In this document: one piece after another, positions 18,656-27,374 of the stretch
How positions within the stretch are numbered: position 1 is the first letter of the stretch
How the letters are laid out: every line of letters starts with the position of its first letter
Assembly: GCA_041660305.1 (NCBI GenBank)
Contig: JBAZWO010000001.1
Coordinates: forward strand, 290,268-354,267
DNA: 64,000 bases
Direction of reading: 5' to 3'
DNA from: Patescibacteria group bacterium
GTDB taxonomy: Bacteria; Patescibacteriota; Patescibacteriia; UBA9570
Position numbers and translations under genes: made by a program
The notes under the pieces: generated by a model
Databases searched by the model: none
The model's input: the letters and a program-made list of their open reading frames with translations, nothing else
Told to the model about the DNA's origin: nothing

Positions 18656-18740
18656 GACCCTTCCCCCTACCCCCTTCCCTGCAAGGCAGGGGGTTTAACT
18701 CCATCCCTCTTGGCAGGAGGGAGGGCTGGGGTGGGAGGTC
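18656..18740. repeat. GC-rich palindromic element, locus R6 (inverted partner of R7)
   Basis: 85 bp, GACCCTTCCCCCTACCCCC...GGGGTGGGAGGTC. It differs at only 2 positions from the reverse complement of 21109-21193. Confidence 0.9.
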
Positions 18741-18859
18741 GAATCTATTTCTCGGGTGCATAATGGAAGATGCACAAGACTTAACTTGTTTAAGCTTCGT
18801 TCACAATTGGGTTGAATGAAGCAAAAATAAGTTGAGCAACAAACTTCCTAGAAAGGATT

Positions 18860-20700
18860 ATCGTAAAAGCCCAGCGGTTGCTGGTGCTTGGTCACAATAA
18901 CAATAATGTAATTGTGACCCGGTATGTTGTCAGCCAACTGTTCGAACCGCCGTGAGAAACCAATGACACAAAATAGTGTGTCTTGATTCGCTCGCGGCAA
19001 CTTGGGAGAAAGCAAAATGCAACTGAAACGTCTTTGGGGTTTAATACCCCTGAGTCTGTTGATGGTTGGTGTACAGGAGTGTCCGACCACGACAACGCCG
19101 CCGGAGTATGAGCGCACTATCATCAACTATGACCATGTCGCACTCAACTTTGATCCGAGTGGCACAATCACGGTCGATGCAGACGTGACCGTGGCGGATG
19201 GTGATCAGGGTGTGGCAGTCGATGTTGGGGACTTTGTTCCAACCTACTCCACAACAACATTCCACCAGGACGGTGCATATGAAATCTACGACGTACCGAC
19301 CGGTGGTGAGCAGACATTCCACTTATCCGGCAACACGACCTTGCAAAATTCGTGGCAGGGAGTCTCCTACATGGTTCACCCCGACTACGGATATTCAAGT
19401 GTACAATCGATCATCTGGCCGTACAACGGTGTCAACGTCGGTCCCTACCAGAACGACTCATTCTCGCGCCCTGATGGTATGGTGAAGTTCACATGGGGGG
19501 GAATCTACGGACTTGAAAACATGTTCGGTGGTCAGACACCCATCATCCTGCGAGGTGACACGGAAGGACCTGGTGGATCTGCCTACACGGCATTCGCATT
19601 GGCAGCAAGTCCTGACTACGACCTTTACGAAGTAGGGACGTCAAACGGAGGGGTTCTTCTCCGTTCGTACTATTTCAAATCTGATCCAGAACAGCCAGGA
19701 AAAGTCGCCTATTTGAACCGATACACACTATCTATGATGAACTGGCTCGAGAAAAACTTCGGACCCTATCCTCAAACCAAGTACACGAGCGCATCAGTTC
19801 TGCTCGGAACCGGCGGTGGTATGGAAGGTCCAGTCGTCATGTATGACAATCTCAACAGTGGCGACGCTTCCTGGTACGGCGGTGACCATGAACCGCCGCA
19901 CGCCTTCATCGGGACCAGTGTTAGAACAGGAGACCCTATCTACCAAGCCTTCAATGAGGGTACGGTAGTGAGTCTACAGACCGCTCATCTGAACGAAGAC
20001 GGTAGCCCAGCAGATTTCAAAACCGTCACTGACTTCCTCTGTGATATGATTCCCTACGCTGCTACGTATGAAAGGAACTTTGTGCCTTGGCCGGCAGGAC
20101 AGGAAGGAATGTATGCTCTGGATGAGATGACACGAGGAAGTACGTACTACAAAACTGGATTTATCTCGTGGATGCTCCAGGAAGAGCGCGGATACTCCGG
20201 CTACGTGAAAGGTGTGGACTTGTTTATTCAGCGACATCGAGACAATACCTTTACGGATGAGGAATTCATTCGCGACATGACCGATGGGTACGAAGGTGCT
20301 GTCAGCTATGACGAAATCTACACCAGATATGCTGAATTGCAAAACCCTAATTCTGTGTACCCTGCGGGCTACGAAACCTACTGTCCAGACGCCGCAAAAA
20401 CGTGGAAAACCCGCGACGAAAACTACTGGAAGATGCATGGCATCACATATCGTCTTCATCCGGGCATGCCGGCCTGGGGCGAGTACGTGAACTAAAACCA
20501 TCCTCCCCTTTTTTTTGAGAAGCACCCGGCGCTGACCTGAAAGCGCCGTGATCGGAGGATCTTCGCTTCTCCCTACCCAACAGGCCGCTCACCTGATCTC
20601 CCCGCCTTTCCCACCGAAAGCCGCGCGACGATAAAATGAGCAAATTCCTAGTGTTCATCTCTGCTACGCTAAAGCTACGCAGAAGGTGGGTAGTAGATAA
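18860..20700. other. Compositional island 1 (GC-rich relative to flanks)
   Basis: The line starting at 19081 has 34/60 G+C, against 17-19/60 in typical host lines. Boundaries are approximate. Confidence 0.7.
19017..20495 (+). CDS. Secreted M1-family (gluzincin) zinc metallopeptidase
   Basis: HEPPH followed exactly 18 residues later by E (FNEG) gives the HExxH-X18-E gluzincin motif. The upstream GGGMEG resembles the GxMEN exopeptidase motif. There is an N-terminal signal (MQLKRLWGLIPLSLLMVGVQEC). The ATG at 19017 is preferred over the track's TTG at 19002 because GGGAGA lies 7 nt upstream. Confidence 0.75.
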   Translation: MQLKRLWGLIPLSLLMVGVQECPTTTTPPEYERTIINYDHVALNFDPSGTITVDADVTVADGDQGVAVDVGDFVPTYSTTTFHQDGAYEIYDVPTGGEQTFHLSGNTTLQNSWQGVSYMVHPDYGYSSVQSIIWPYNGVNVGPYQNDSFSRPDGMVKFTWGGIYGLENMFGGQTPIILRGDTEGPGGSAYTAFALAASPDYDLYEVGTSNGGVLLRSYYFKSDPEQPGKVAYLNRYTLSMMNWLEKNFGPYPQTKYTSASVLLGTGGGMEGPVVMYDNLNSGDASWYGGDHEPPHAFIGTSVRTGDPIYQAFNEGTVVSLQTAHLNEDGSPADFKTVTDFLCDMIPYAATYERNFVPWPAGQEGMYALDEMTRGSTYYKTGFISWMLQEERGYSGYVKGVDLFIQRHRDNTFTDEEFIRDMTDGYEGAVSYDEIYTRYAELQNPNSVYPAGYETYCPDAAKTWKTRDENYWKMHGITYRLHPGMPAWGEYVN

Positions 20701-20725
20701 TATCTCAAAGGTTTTGGGATAAAAA

Positions 20726-21100
20726 TTATATTGATAACGTATCCAAAATGATTTTTAGTACACTATCAATATTTTTTAATATCTTATCATTACTAAATCG
20801 CAGAATATTACAGCCATATAATTGTAATACAAAATCACGCCCTTGATCTCGTTGCTGTTGATAGTTATGAATCTCACCATCAACTTCAATGACTAATTTC
20901 TTTTCGTGACAATAAAAATCAACAATAGAAGAATACAAAGGATATTGCCTACGAAATTTATATCCTAACATTTTACTACGCTGCAAATAATACCATAATT
21001 TCTCTTCTGCTTGAGTAGGATTATGACGTAAACTCTTAGCAAGATAATGCAGTTTATTTTGCAAAGTAATATCTCGAGATTGTTTGGATTGTGTTAACAT
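20726..21100 (-). CDS. DUF559 / Vsr-like endonuclease-domain protein
   Basis: Contains LWYYLQRSKMLGYKFRRQYPLYSSIVDFYCHEKKLVIEVDGEIH...ILRF, typical of DUF559. The ORF-track N-terminus MAGGRAGEGGQTH is read-through into repeat R7, so the ATG at 21100-21098 is preferred. Composition is host-like and AT-rich. Confidence 0.75.
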   Translation of the reverse strand: MLTQSKQSRDITLQNKLHYLAKSLRHNPTQAEEKLWYYLQRSKMLGYKFRRQYPLYSSIVDFYCHEKKLVIEVDGEIHNYQQQRDQGRDFVLQLYGCNILRFSNDKILKNIDSVLKIILDTLSI

Positions 21101-21108
21101 GTGCGTTT

Positions 21109-21193
21109 GACCTCCCTCCCCAGCCCTCCCTCCTGCCAAGAGGGAGGGAGTTAAACCCCCTGCCTTGCAGGGAAGGGGGTAGGGGGAAGGGTC
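21109..21193. repeat. GC-rich palindromic element, locus R7 (inverted partner of R6)
   Basis: 85 bp, GACCTCCCTCCCCAGCC...GGGGGAAGGGTC. The ligA TGA stop (21192-21194) overlaps its last bases. Confidence 0.9.
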
Positions 21194-23180
21194 ATTTTAT
21201 TAATTTTAGGAATTCCTGTTCAGATAAAATTTTCACTCCTAATTTTTTCGCTGTATTATATTTCGAGCCCGGCTCTTCTCCGGCTACTACATAATCGGTG
21301 CTTTTGCTCACGCTACTGGAAATTTTGCCGCCGGCTTGGCGGATTTTAGCTTTGGCTTCGTCCCGCAACATGGTTTTTAGAGTGCCGGTTAGCACAAAAG
21401 TTTTGCCGGTTATCTTATTGGTAGAGACAGATTGCAATCTGTCTCTACCAATTACGGATTGCACCTGAACATATTTCAATAATTCATCTAATTGAGCTTG
21501 CTGTTTTTTATTATGAAAATAATCATAAACACTTTTGGCTACTATTGGACCAATTTCTGGAATAGCTTGTAATTGTTCCAAATTATTATTACGTAATGCG
21601 GTGATGGTGGTAAATTGATTTGCTAACAAAATAGCGGTTTCTTCACCTACATGGCGAATACCTAAGGCATATAACAAACGAGGCAATGATACGTTTCGAG
21701 CTTGTTGAATTTCTTGCACCAAATTAGCGGCCGATTTATCGGCAAACCGATCTAGCGGCTCTAATACTACTTTGGTTAATTTAAAAATATCAGCAAAATT
21801 ATTCACTAACCCGGCTTGCATTAATTGATCGATTATTTTCGGTCCTAAACCTTCAATATCCAAGCCTTTTTTAGACACAAAATGATATAAGCGCTCTTGT
21901 TCCTGGGCAAAACACGCTGGATTAGTACAGTAATACGCTACTTCACCGGTTTTACGCGTTACTGCCGCGCCACAAACCGGACATTTATTTGGAAACATGT
22001 ATGGCTTACTATGTTTTGGTCGTAATGCCGGCAACACCTGCACTACATCGGGAATAATATCACCGGCTTTTTCTATAATTACCGTATCGCCTATTCGAAC
22101 ATCTAGCCGCTTGATTTCATCTTCATTATGCAATGTAGCCCGAGATACTGTAGAGCCAGCTACGGTAACCGGTCGTAAATGCGCTACCGGTGTTAACGCG
22201 CCAGTGCGCCCTACTTGCACTTGAATGTCTGCTACAATAGTAGTGGTTTGTTGTGCCGGGAATTTGTATGCCACTGCTCCGCGTGGCGCTTTACCTACCA
22301 CGCCTAATTGTTTAAAAATATTAATATTATCCACATTTATCACCATACCGTCTATCCAATAGGGTAATTTTTCTCTTATTTTCATTAATTGTTCGTAATG
22401 TTTTTGTACAGCGGCTAAATTATTACAACGTAAATTATTAGCATTAGACGGAAAACCTAATGTTTGTAAATATTCGTGCACCGCGGAATGATTTAAAATG
22501 GCCAAATTGGTTGCGCAATCATAGGCCATAAAGCTCAATTTCCTAGCCGCTACTACTTTAGGATCCAGCTGGCGAATACTGCCGGCGGCTACGTTTCTTG
22601 GGTTAGCGAATTTTTGTTCCGCTGTTTTATTAATCAGCTCAAATTGCTGTTTGGTCATGTACACTTCTCCTCTTACTTCTATGTGTTCTGGGTAATCCCC
22701 TTGCAACTGTAACGGTATTGCCTCAATGGTTTTTAAATTTTCGGTAACATCTTCACCAATTTTACCATCGCCCCGGGTGGAACCACGAACAAATTTACCT
22801 TGTTTATATTCTAACGCTACCGCTAAACCGTCCATTTTTATTTCTGTGTAATAAGCTAATGGCTCGTTAGTAAGCTTGGTTAAACGCTGTTCCCAAGCTT
22901 GTAATTCTGCAAAAGAAAAAATGTCGTTCAATGATAGCATTTTTACCGCGTGTGTTACTTTGGAAAAATTAGCCAATGGCAAACCACCAACTCGCTGACT
23001 GGGTGAATCCGGTGTAATTAAATCTGGATATTGATTTTCTAACTGTGTTAATTCATGTTTTAAAGAATCCAGCGCCGCTTCCGAAATTTCTTGTTTATCT
23101 AATACATGATAAAGATAACGATAATGCTCTATTTCTTTACACAGCTGTTTTAGACGAGTTTTAGCTTGGGATTTGGTCAT
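21192..23180 (-). CDS. ligA: NAD-dependent DNA ligase
   Basis: 662 aa with the adenylation motif EIKMDGLAV, a Zn finger CPVCG...CTNPAC, HhH repeats and a C-terminal BRCT domain (GKTFVLTGTL). Confidence 0.93.
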   Translation of the reverse strand: MTKSQAKTRLKQLCKEIEHYRYLYHVLDKQEISEAALDSLKHELTQLENQYPDLITPDSPSQRVGGLPLANFSKVTHAVKMLSLNDIFSFAELQAWEQRLTKLTNEPLAYYTEIKMDGLAVALEYKQGKFVRGSTRGDGKIGEDVTENLKTIEAIPLQLQGDYPEHIEVRGEVYMTKQQFELINKTAEQKFANPRNVAAGSIRQLDPKVVAARKLSFMAYDCATNLAILNHSAVHEYLQTLGFPSNANNLRCNNLAAVQKHYEQLMKIREKLPYWIDGMVINVDNINIFKQLGVVGKAPRGAVAYKFPAQQTTTIVADIQVQVGRTGALTPVAHLRPVTVAGSTVSRATLHNEDEIKRLDVRIGDTVIIEKAGDIIPDVVQVLPALRPKHSKPYMFPNKCPVCGAAVTRKTGEVAYYCTNPACFAQEQERLYHFVSKKGLDIEGLGPKIIDQLMQAGLVNNFADIFKLTKVVLEPLDRFADKSAANLVQEIQQARNVSLPRLLYALGIRHVGEETAILLANQFTTITALRNNNLEQLQAIPEIGPIVAKSVYDYFHNKKQQAQLDELLKYVQVQSVIGRDRLQSVSTNKITGKTFVLTGTLKTMLRDEAKAKIRQAGGKISSSVSKSTDYVVAGEEPGSKYNTAKKLGVKILSEQEFLKLIK
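21418..21451. repeat. 34-bp perfect palindrome inside ligA (GTAGAGAC family)
   Basis: TTGGTAGAGACAGATTG|CAATCTGTCTCTACCAA. It encodes IGRDRLQSVSTN in the linker before the BRCT domain. Confidence 0.85.
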
Positions 23181-23205
23181 AAAGGGAGAAATTAATCTGT
23201 ATTAT

Positions 23206-23279
23206 TCCCCCTCTCCTCAGAGGAGAGGGGGTTAGGGGGTGAGGTAGGATGTTTAGGGGAGGTAAAGAGGGAGAGGTAG
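23206..23279. repeat. GC-rich modular palindromic element, locus R8
   Basis: Contains CCCCCTCTCC-TCAGA-GGAGAGGGGG, then TTAGGGGGTGAGGTAG and GAGAGGTAG. It lies between the ligA start and the stop of the last pilin gene. Confidence 0.8.
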
Positions 23280-23282
23280 TTA

Positions 23283-24116
23283 TTATTTCGTTACCTTCTC
23301 CTCCGAAAATAACACATAATCAAAATAATTATTTAGAGGCGACCGCCATAACATGTTCGCCGTAACGGTTTGCTGATATTGCCCGGTGGTGCTAACACTA
23401 CTGATGGTAATTGTTTCTTTTAGCGGCACAAATTTAGTAGAGTCATTAATATCTAAAGCTTTAACTGATAAATCTGTAATATCACAATACAAGGCTTTTA
23501 AGCGCAGCTTATAAAGATAATCACGAGTTAAACCAAAACTACACCCATTATTGCATTCGTTATATACCCAACGTGTTTTTTGCATAGCTGTATTTTTAGT
23601 TTCACTATCCCATTCTTGTACCGTCCAAGCGGTGTCACTAATTTCTAATGTATTCACGTGCCCATCTCCACAGCTATTATTTGTCCAAGAAAACTGCACT
23701 GAACCAATATTATCCGGTACAGTAGTTAAGTAACTTAATGTTTTATTATAACTTTCCGTATAAAGATGCAGCTGATTCACTTCATTCTCAGCTAACGATA
23801 ATATTAATTCTTCATCCTGTGCTTGCGTAATTATGGTTTTACCAGCCGTAATAGTTTGTAACCGTTCATTCAGTGTAGTTGGATCTATTGTTTTAGCTGT
23901 TCGCGCCGACTGGGCATAATACAAACCCTGTTCCACTCCACTTTCAGCCGTCATAAAACCTAACGTGCTTTGCTTATAACTGGTAACAAAGCGTAAATTA
24001 TTTAAAATAATTAACGCTAACGTGCTAATAATCGCCGCAAAAATTATCAGCATAATCATTACAATTACTAACACCGAGCCGGCTTGATTAGTGGATAATT
24101 TAGCTTTAGCGTGCAT
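23283..24116 (-). CDS. PilX-like minor pilus protein (N-terminal hydrophobic helix)
   Basis: 277 aa with N-terminus NQAGSVLVIVMIMLIIFAAIISTLALI. It is the last gene of the pilin cluster. Confidence 0.5.
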   Translation of the reverse strand: MHAKAKLSTNQAGSVLVIVMIMLIIFAAIISTLALIILNNLRFVTSYKQSTLGFMTAESGVEQGLYYAQSARTAKTIDPTTLNERLQTITAGKTIITQAQDEELILSLAENEVNQLHLYTESYNKTLSYLTTVPDNIGSVQFSWTNNSCGDGHVNTLEISDTAWTVQEWDSETKNTAMQKTRWVYNECNNGCSFGLTRDYLYKLRLKALYCDITDLSVKALDINDSTKFVPLKETITISSVSTTGQYQQTVTANMLWRSPLNNYFDYVLFSEEKVTK

Positions 24117-24648
24117 AGTATCTACTAGTAGTTAAAGTTTGAAAATGCGTAGTAATTTTTGGATCATCAGCGCGCTGGGCATCTATTACCATCATTACTG
24201 CCGGCTGATTATTAACTGAACTACCATCGGCTTGAATAACTGTTGGGTCAGCGTTTGGATAAATATAAAATTGCAAGTTAGTTATTTTAACATTATTTCC
24301 GGTTAACAAATTAGTATCTATAGTAATATTACCATTTGTAGATAACTCTATTATATGCGTTTCACCCGTAACCGTGGTAACCGTTAAAAAATCAGTATAC
24401 GCTGTAGCTGCGGTATAATTAAAACTTTTTCCTTCCCGAATATAGCGCGCAATTTCACTGGTAGCATAAGTTACTTGTTCTTCCAGTTGTTTTTTACGAA
24501 TTTGCTGCAATGGCCCGCGTAAAAACATAATGAGTAATTGCATAACTGTAACTATAACAATAGCAAACACGGCTGTGGCCACTAACATTTCCACTACGGT
24601 AAAACCTTCTACTCGTTTATGTTTATTTAGTAATGATAGGATCGGCAT
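24106..24648 (-). CDS. Minor pilin with prepilin-type N-terminal cleavage/methylation motif
   Basis: 180 aa with KRVEG|FTVVEMLVATAVFAIVIV. Confidence 0.7.
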   Translation of the reverse strand: MPILSLLNKHKRVEGFTVVEMLVATAVFAIVIVTVMQLLIMFLRGPLQQIRKKQLEEQVTYATSEIARYIREGKSFNYTAATAYTDFLTVTTVTGETHIIELSTNGNITIDTNLLTGNNVKITNLQFYIYPNADPTVIQADGSSVNNQPAVMMVIDAQRADDPKITTHFQTLTTSRYYAR

Positions 24649-25327
24649 ATTTCCAATTATATAATTTTTCAGTAAAAATACGTTCTTGCTGTTCTCCGGC
24701 CTGTTGCCATATTACCTGTACCATAACCTGCACACCAATATCAATGTATCCACCGTCAACACAAGTAAGCGCTTCTGCACGCACTATTTCTGCCTGTGTT
24801 AAATCAGGTTCATTCGGATTAAAACAAATGGGAAATAACGTTACTAAGCGTTTAAATGGTGTGGCTGTTAAACCGATAAAATCATTGCCGCTGATTTGTA
24901 GATAATTTCCAGCCGTATCTTGCCGCACAATGGCTCTAGCATCCGATTCGTTGTCTACCGAAAAATCAAATTTAATAGCTAAATTAGGATCAACCTCGCT
25001 AGGTGTCCAAATATAGATAGCACTATAATCAACATTATCTGTGACAGTTTTACCATACAAACCTGTGTTATATCCTAATAAATTACTAGTAGCACTATCG
25101 GTAATACCAGCTTCCCGTTTTAGCCAGTTGCTATCGCGCACATAACGCGCCGCCTCGATAGCTTCCTGGCCAAGCTGAGTAGCTCTAGTTTCTGCTAACG
25201 CTCTAGAACTAGTAGACCATAAATTTACCAACAACGAAGCTAAACTAACAACACCAATTAAGATAATAGCAATCGCCATTAATGATTCTAATAAAGTTTG
25301 GCCGGATTGATTAGGTTGTTTCAACAT
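24623..25327 (-). CDS. Minor pilin with prepilin-type N-terminal motif
   Basis: 234 aa with NQSG|QTLLESLMAIAIILIGV. Confidence 0.65.
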   Translation of the reverse strand: MLKQPNQSGQTLLESLMAIAIILIGVVSLASLLVNLWSTSSRALAETRATQLGQEAIEAARYVRDSNWLKREAGITDSATSNLLGYNTGLYGKTVTDNVDYSAIYIWTPSEVDPNLAIKFDFSVDNESDARAIVRQDTAGNYLQISGNDFIGLTATPFKRLVTLFPICFNPNEPDLTQAEIVRAEALTCVDGGYIDIGVQVMVQVIWQQAGEQQERIFTEKLYNWKYADPIITK

Positions 25328-25333
25328 AATTTA

Positions 25334-25876
25334 TTACTCAATTAACGCGCTAGGATAATATAATGTTACTGGATTTTTTATTTGTTTTGTAGCTACATCT
25401 TGAAATACCACTTGAACGTTACCATTACTATTATAAACCGTGCCCCAATCTTTAGCATCAATAGTTACGGCTGTACTATTATTCCCTAAATAAAACATAA
25501 TGTCTTTAAAAATACCATCTGGTTCAACTTTTGTGTCAAAGTTTGTTGTAGACAAAATAACATCTTCAGTATTAGCTTGGTAACTTGGCGCATTATTTAA
25601 TTCCGCGTATAAGTTAATGGCCTTGTCCGTGCTATCAATGAACACGCCGTAGGCTTGCGGCGCTTGATTATTACAACACGTTTTTCCTGTTCTGGCATAC
25701 GTGCGCGCTAAGGTTAAGCTAGAACGATATTGATTCGCCGCTTCGGTAACCAAATCTTCCGGACTGCGCTGGCGAAAACTTAATAACGTAATAGTAGATA
25801 ACACCGCTATCATGCCCATTACGGTTACTAATTCAACTAATGAAAAGCCTGTTTTATCGCCACACATATAACACAT
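25334..25876 (-). CDS. Minor pilin with prepilin-type N-terminal motif (FimT/GspH-like)
   Basis: 180 aa with DKTG|FSLVELVTVMGMIAVLS. Confidence 0.7.
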   Translation of the reverse strand: MCYMCGDKTGFSLVELVTVMGMIAVLSTITLLSFRQRSPEDLVTEAANQYRSSLTLARTYARTGKTCCNNQAPQAYGVFIDSTDKAINLYAELNNAPSYQANTEDVILSTTNFDTKVEPDGIFKDIMFYLGNNSTAVTIDAKDWGTVYNSNGNVQVVFQDVATKQIKNPVTLYYPSALIE

Positions 25877-26630
25877 TGTGCATATACCAATAAACTAACG
25901 GCGTACCGTATAATAATCCTAACCAAGTGGCCACGCTTAAAAATGTACCAAACGGCAGACGATCTTGCATGGTTTTGCGGCGCCAAATTAACAACGGCAC
26001 CGCTACTACCGTGCCCAGCGCGTAAGCCAACAATAACGTAACTGTAATATTTGGCCAGCCTACCATAGCCCCCATTAGCGCCCCAAAACGCACATCGCCT
26101 CCGCCTACCCATTTGCCACGTGAAATTAAAAACTGCATTAAGAAAAAACCAGCTCCGGTTATTATACCAAGCATTATATTAATAGGATTCATGCCTAATA
26201 ATAAACCGCCTATTATTGCTATCATAATACCCGGCAACGTAAACCTATCCGGCAACAAATAATATTTTAAATCATACACAAATAACACTATTAACAACGC
26301 GCTGTACACGGCATAAATTGTTAATTTAAGCGGCTCTGCCCAAAACCAGGCACCTAGTATTCCAAAAATAATCGCCGTAACGCTTTCCACTACTGGATAC
26401 TGCCAAGCAATACCAGCTTTACAATGCAAACACCGGCCGCGAATGCCGATATACGAAGCTACCGGAAATAATTCGTACCAACTTAATGTAGTTAAACAAG
26501 CCGGGCAGTGCGACCGTCCCAGCCAAGATTCTTTACTGTTCGTGCGCAATATCACCACATTCAAAAAGCTTCCTATACCTAAACCAGCTAATACCGTAAT
26601 AATAATGATAACTATCGGCCAAAGTAACAT
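25854..26630 (-). CDS. pilD: Prepilin peptidase (A24 family)
   Basis: 258 aa, polytopic. It has the Cys motif CPACLTTL...GRCLHCKA and the catalytic-Asp context GGGDVRFGALMG. Confidence 0.9.
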   Translation of the reverse strand: MLLWPIVIIIITVLAGLGIGSFLNVVILRTNSKESWLGRSHCPACLTTLSWYELFPVASYIGIRGRCLHCKAGIAWQYPVVESVTAIIFGILGAWFWAEPLKLTIYAVYSALLIVLFVYDLKYYLLPDRFTLPGIMIAIIGGLLLGMNPINIMLGIITGAGFFLMQFLISRGKWVGGGDVRFGALMGAMVGWPNITVTLLLAYALGTVVAVPLLIWRRKTMQDRLPFGTFLSVATWLGLLYGTPLVYWYMHNVLYVWR

Positions 26631-26655
26631 GTTTTATATTATACCATATAACACC

Positions 26656-26684
26656 AAGAGGCCGCAGATCTGCGGCCTCTTTTT
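26656..26684. terminator. 26-bp perfect palindrome hairpin between pilA and pilD
   Basis: AAGAGGCCGCAGATCTGCGGCCTCTT followed by a T-run on the plus strand. On the minus (gene) strand it is preceded by an A-run and followed by GGUGUUAUAU. This is the usual position for attenuation after a major pilin gene. Confidence 0.5.
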
Positions 26685-26712
26685 CAGATGCTTACTTAAT
26701 AATTTTTATAAA

Positions 26713-27300
26713 TTATTCAGAAACACAGTAAACATATGGGCCGCTACCATCTTCACAAGTAGCAAATGCATCTGGTGAACTAACCGAGTAAATAACACTA
26801 GTAGCAAAATCAGCGTTCGCCCAACCTGGATGATCAGTTGTGGTAGTACTTAAATACTTCGTATCATCATCCCCACTAAGGGCAGGGTTATTATCTTCCA
26901 ATTTTGATACAACAAAAACATATTGCGTTGCGTCGCCAGAAGTTTGCGATGCACTATTGTTAGAGTAAGCGTAATAATCTGAGGCGTCATTGTCTGGAGC
27001 AGCTGGCGCTTGAGTAATAAATTCACCAATACCACCGCTTGCTGCCGTAGTAGTAATAGATGTGTCATTAGCAACAAAAGCTGCCCAGTTGGCCGGATCT
27101 GGATACTCGTTGTATTTGTTATAGAACAATTCAATGGCTCCCTGGTATTGTTTAGCGTCGGCAACACGTTTAGTATCACGGGCTTTTCGTTGTGCACCAG
27201 TTAAGGACACAATGGCTAAGGTAGCTAACAAACCGATAATCGCGATAACGATTAATAGTTCGATTAGCGTAAAACCTCCTGTTTTTTTATGCTGTTGCAT
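26713..27300 (-). CDS. pilA: Major type IV pilin
   Basis: 195 aa with KKTGG|FTLIELLIVIAIIGLLATLAIVSL, the canonical class III signal. Confidence 0.85.
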   Translation of the reverse strand: MQQHKKTGGFTLIELLIVIAIIGLLATLAIVSLTGAQRKARDTKRVADAKQYQGAIELFYNKYNEYPDPANWAAFVANDTSITTTAASGGIGEFITQAPAAPDNDASDYYAYSNNSASQTSGDATQYVFVVSKLEDNNPALSGDDDTKYLSTTTTDHPGWANADFATSVIYSVSSPDAFATCEDGSGPYVYCVSE

Positions 27301-27344
27301 AAGTATGATATAGGCTAATGTTTAATTAATTAATTTATGTGCAC

Positions 27345-27373
27345 ATTATAGCATATATGGAAAATGGGGGCAA
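27345..27373 (-). promoter_or_regulatory. pilA promoter candidate TTGCCC-N17-TATAAT
   Basis: On the minus strand, TATAAT is at 27350-27345 and TTGCCC at 27373-27368, giving a roughly 38-nt leader. Confidence 0.4.
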
Positions 27374-27374
27374 G

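Noticed and set aside
19041-20525. Antisense or alternative-frame ORFs within the M1 peptidase gene (19041-19322, 19168-19398, 19198-19485, 19974-20525, 20284-20490)
   Set aside because: They lack motifs. The plus-strand frame carries an exact HExxH-X18-E zinc site and a signal peptide.
18860-20700. GC-rich islands as a prophage, IS or integrative element
   Set aside because: No integrase, transposase, phage structural gene or tRNA-adjacent att site is visible in or next to either island. They are reported as compositional islands. Assembly chimerism is left as the main alternative to be tested.
11810-23279. The repeated GC-rich elements might be a CRISPR array
   Set aside because: There is no regular repeat-spacer periodicity. 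The copies are kilobases apart, internally palindromic, variable in length, in both orientations and separated by housekeeping genes. No cas genes are present.
26850-27197. 115-aa ORF and other small ORFs overlapping pilA, pilD (25837-26112, 26443-26778) and other pilus genes
   Set aside because: They are nested in or antisense to genes with clear prepilin and peptidase motifs, and have no independent signals.
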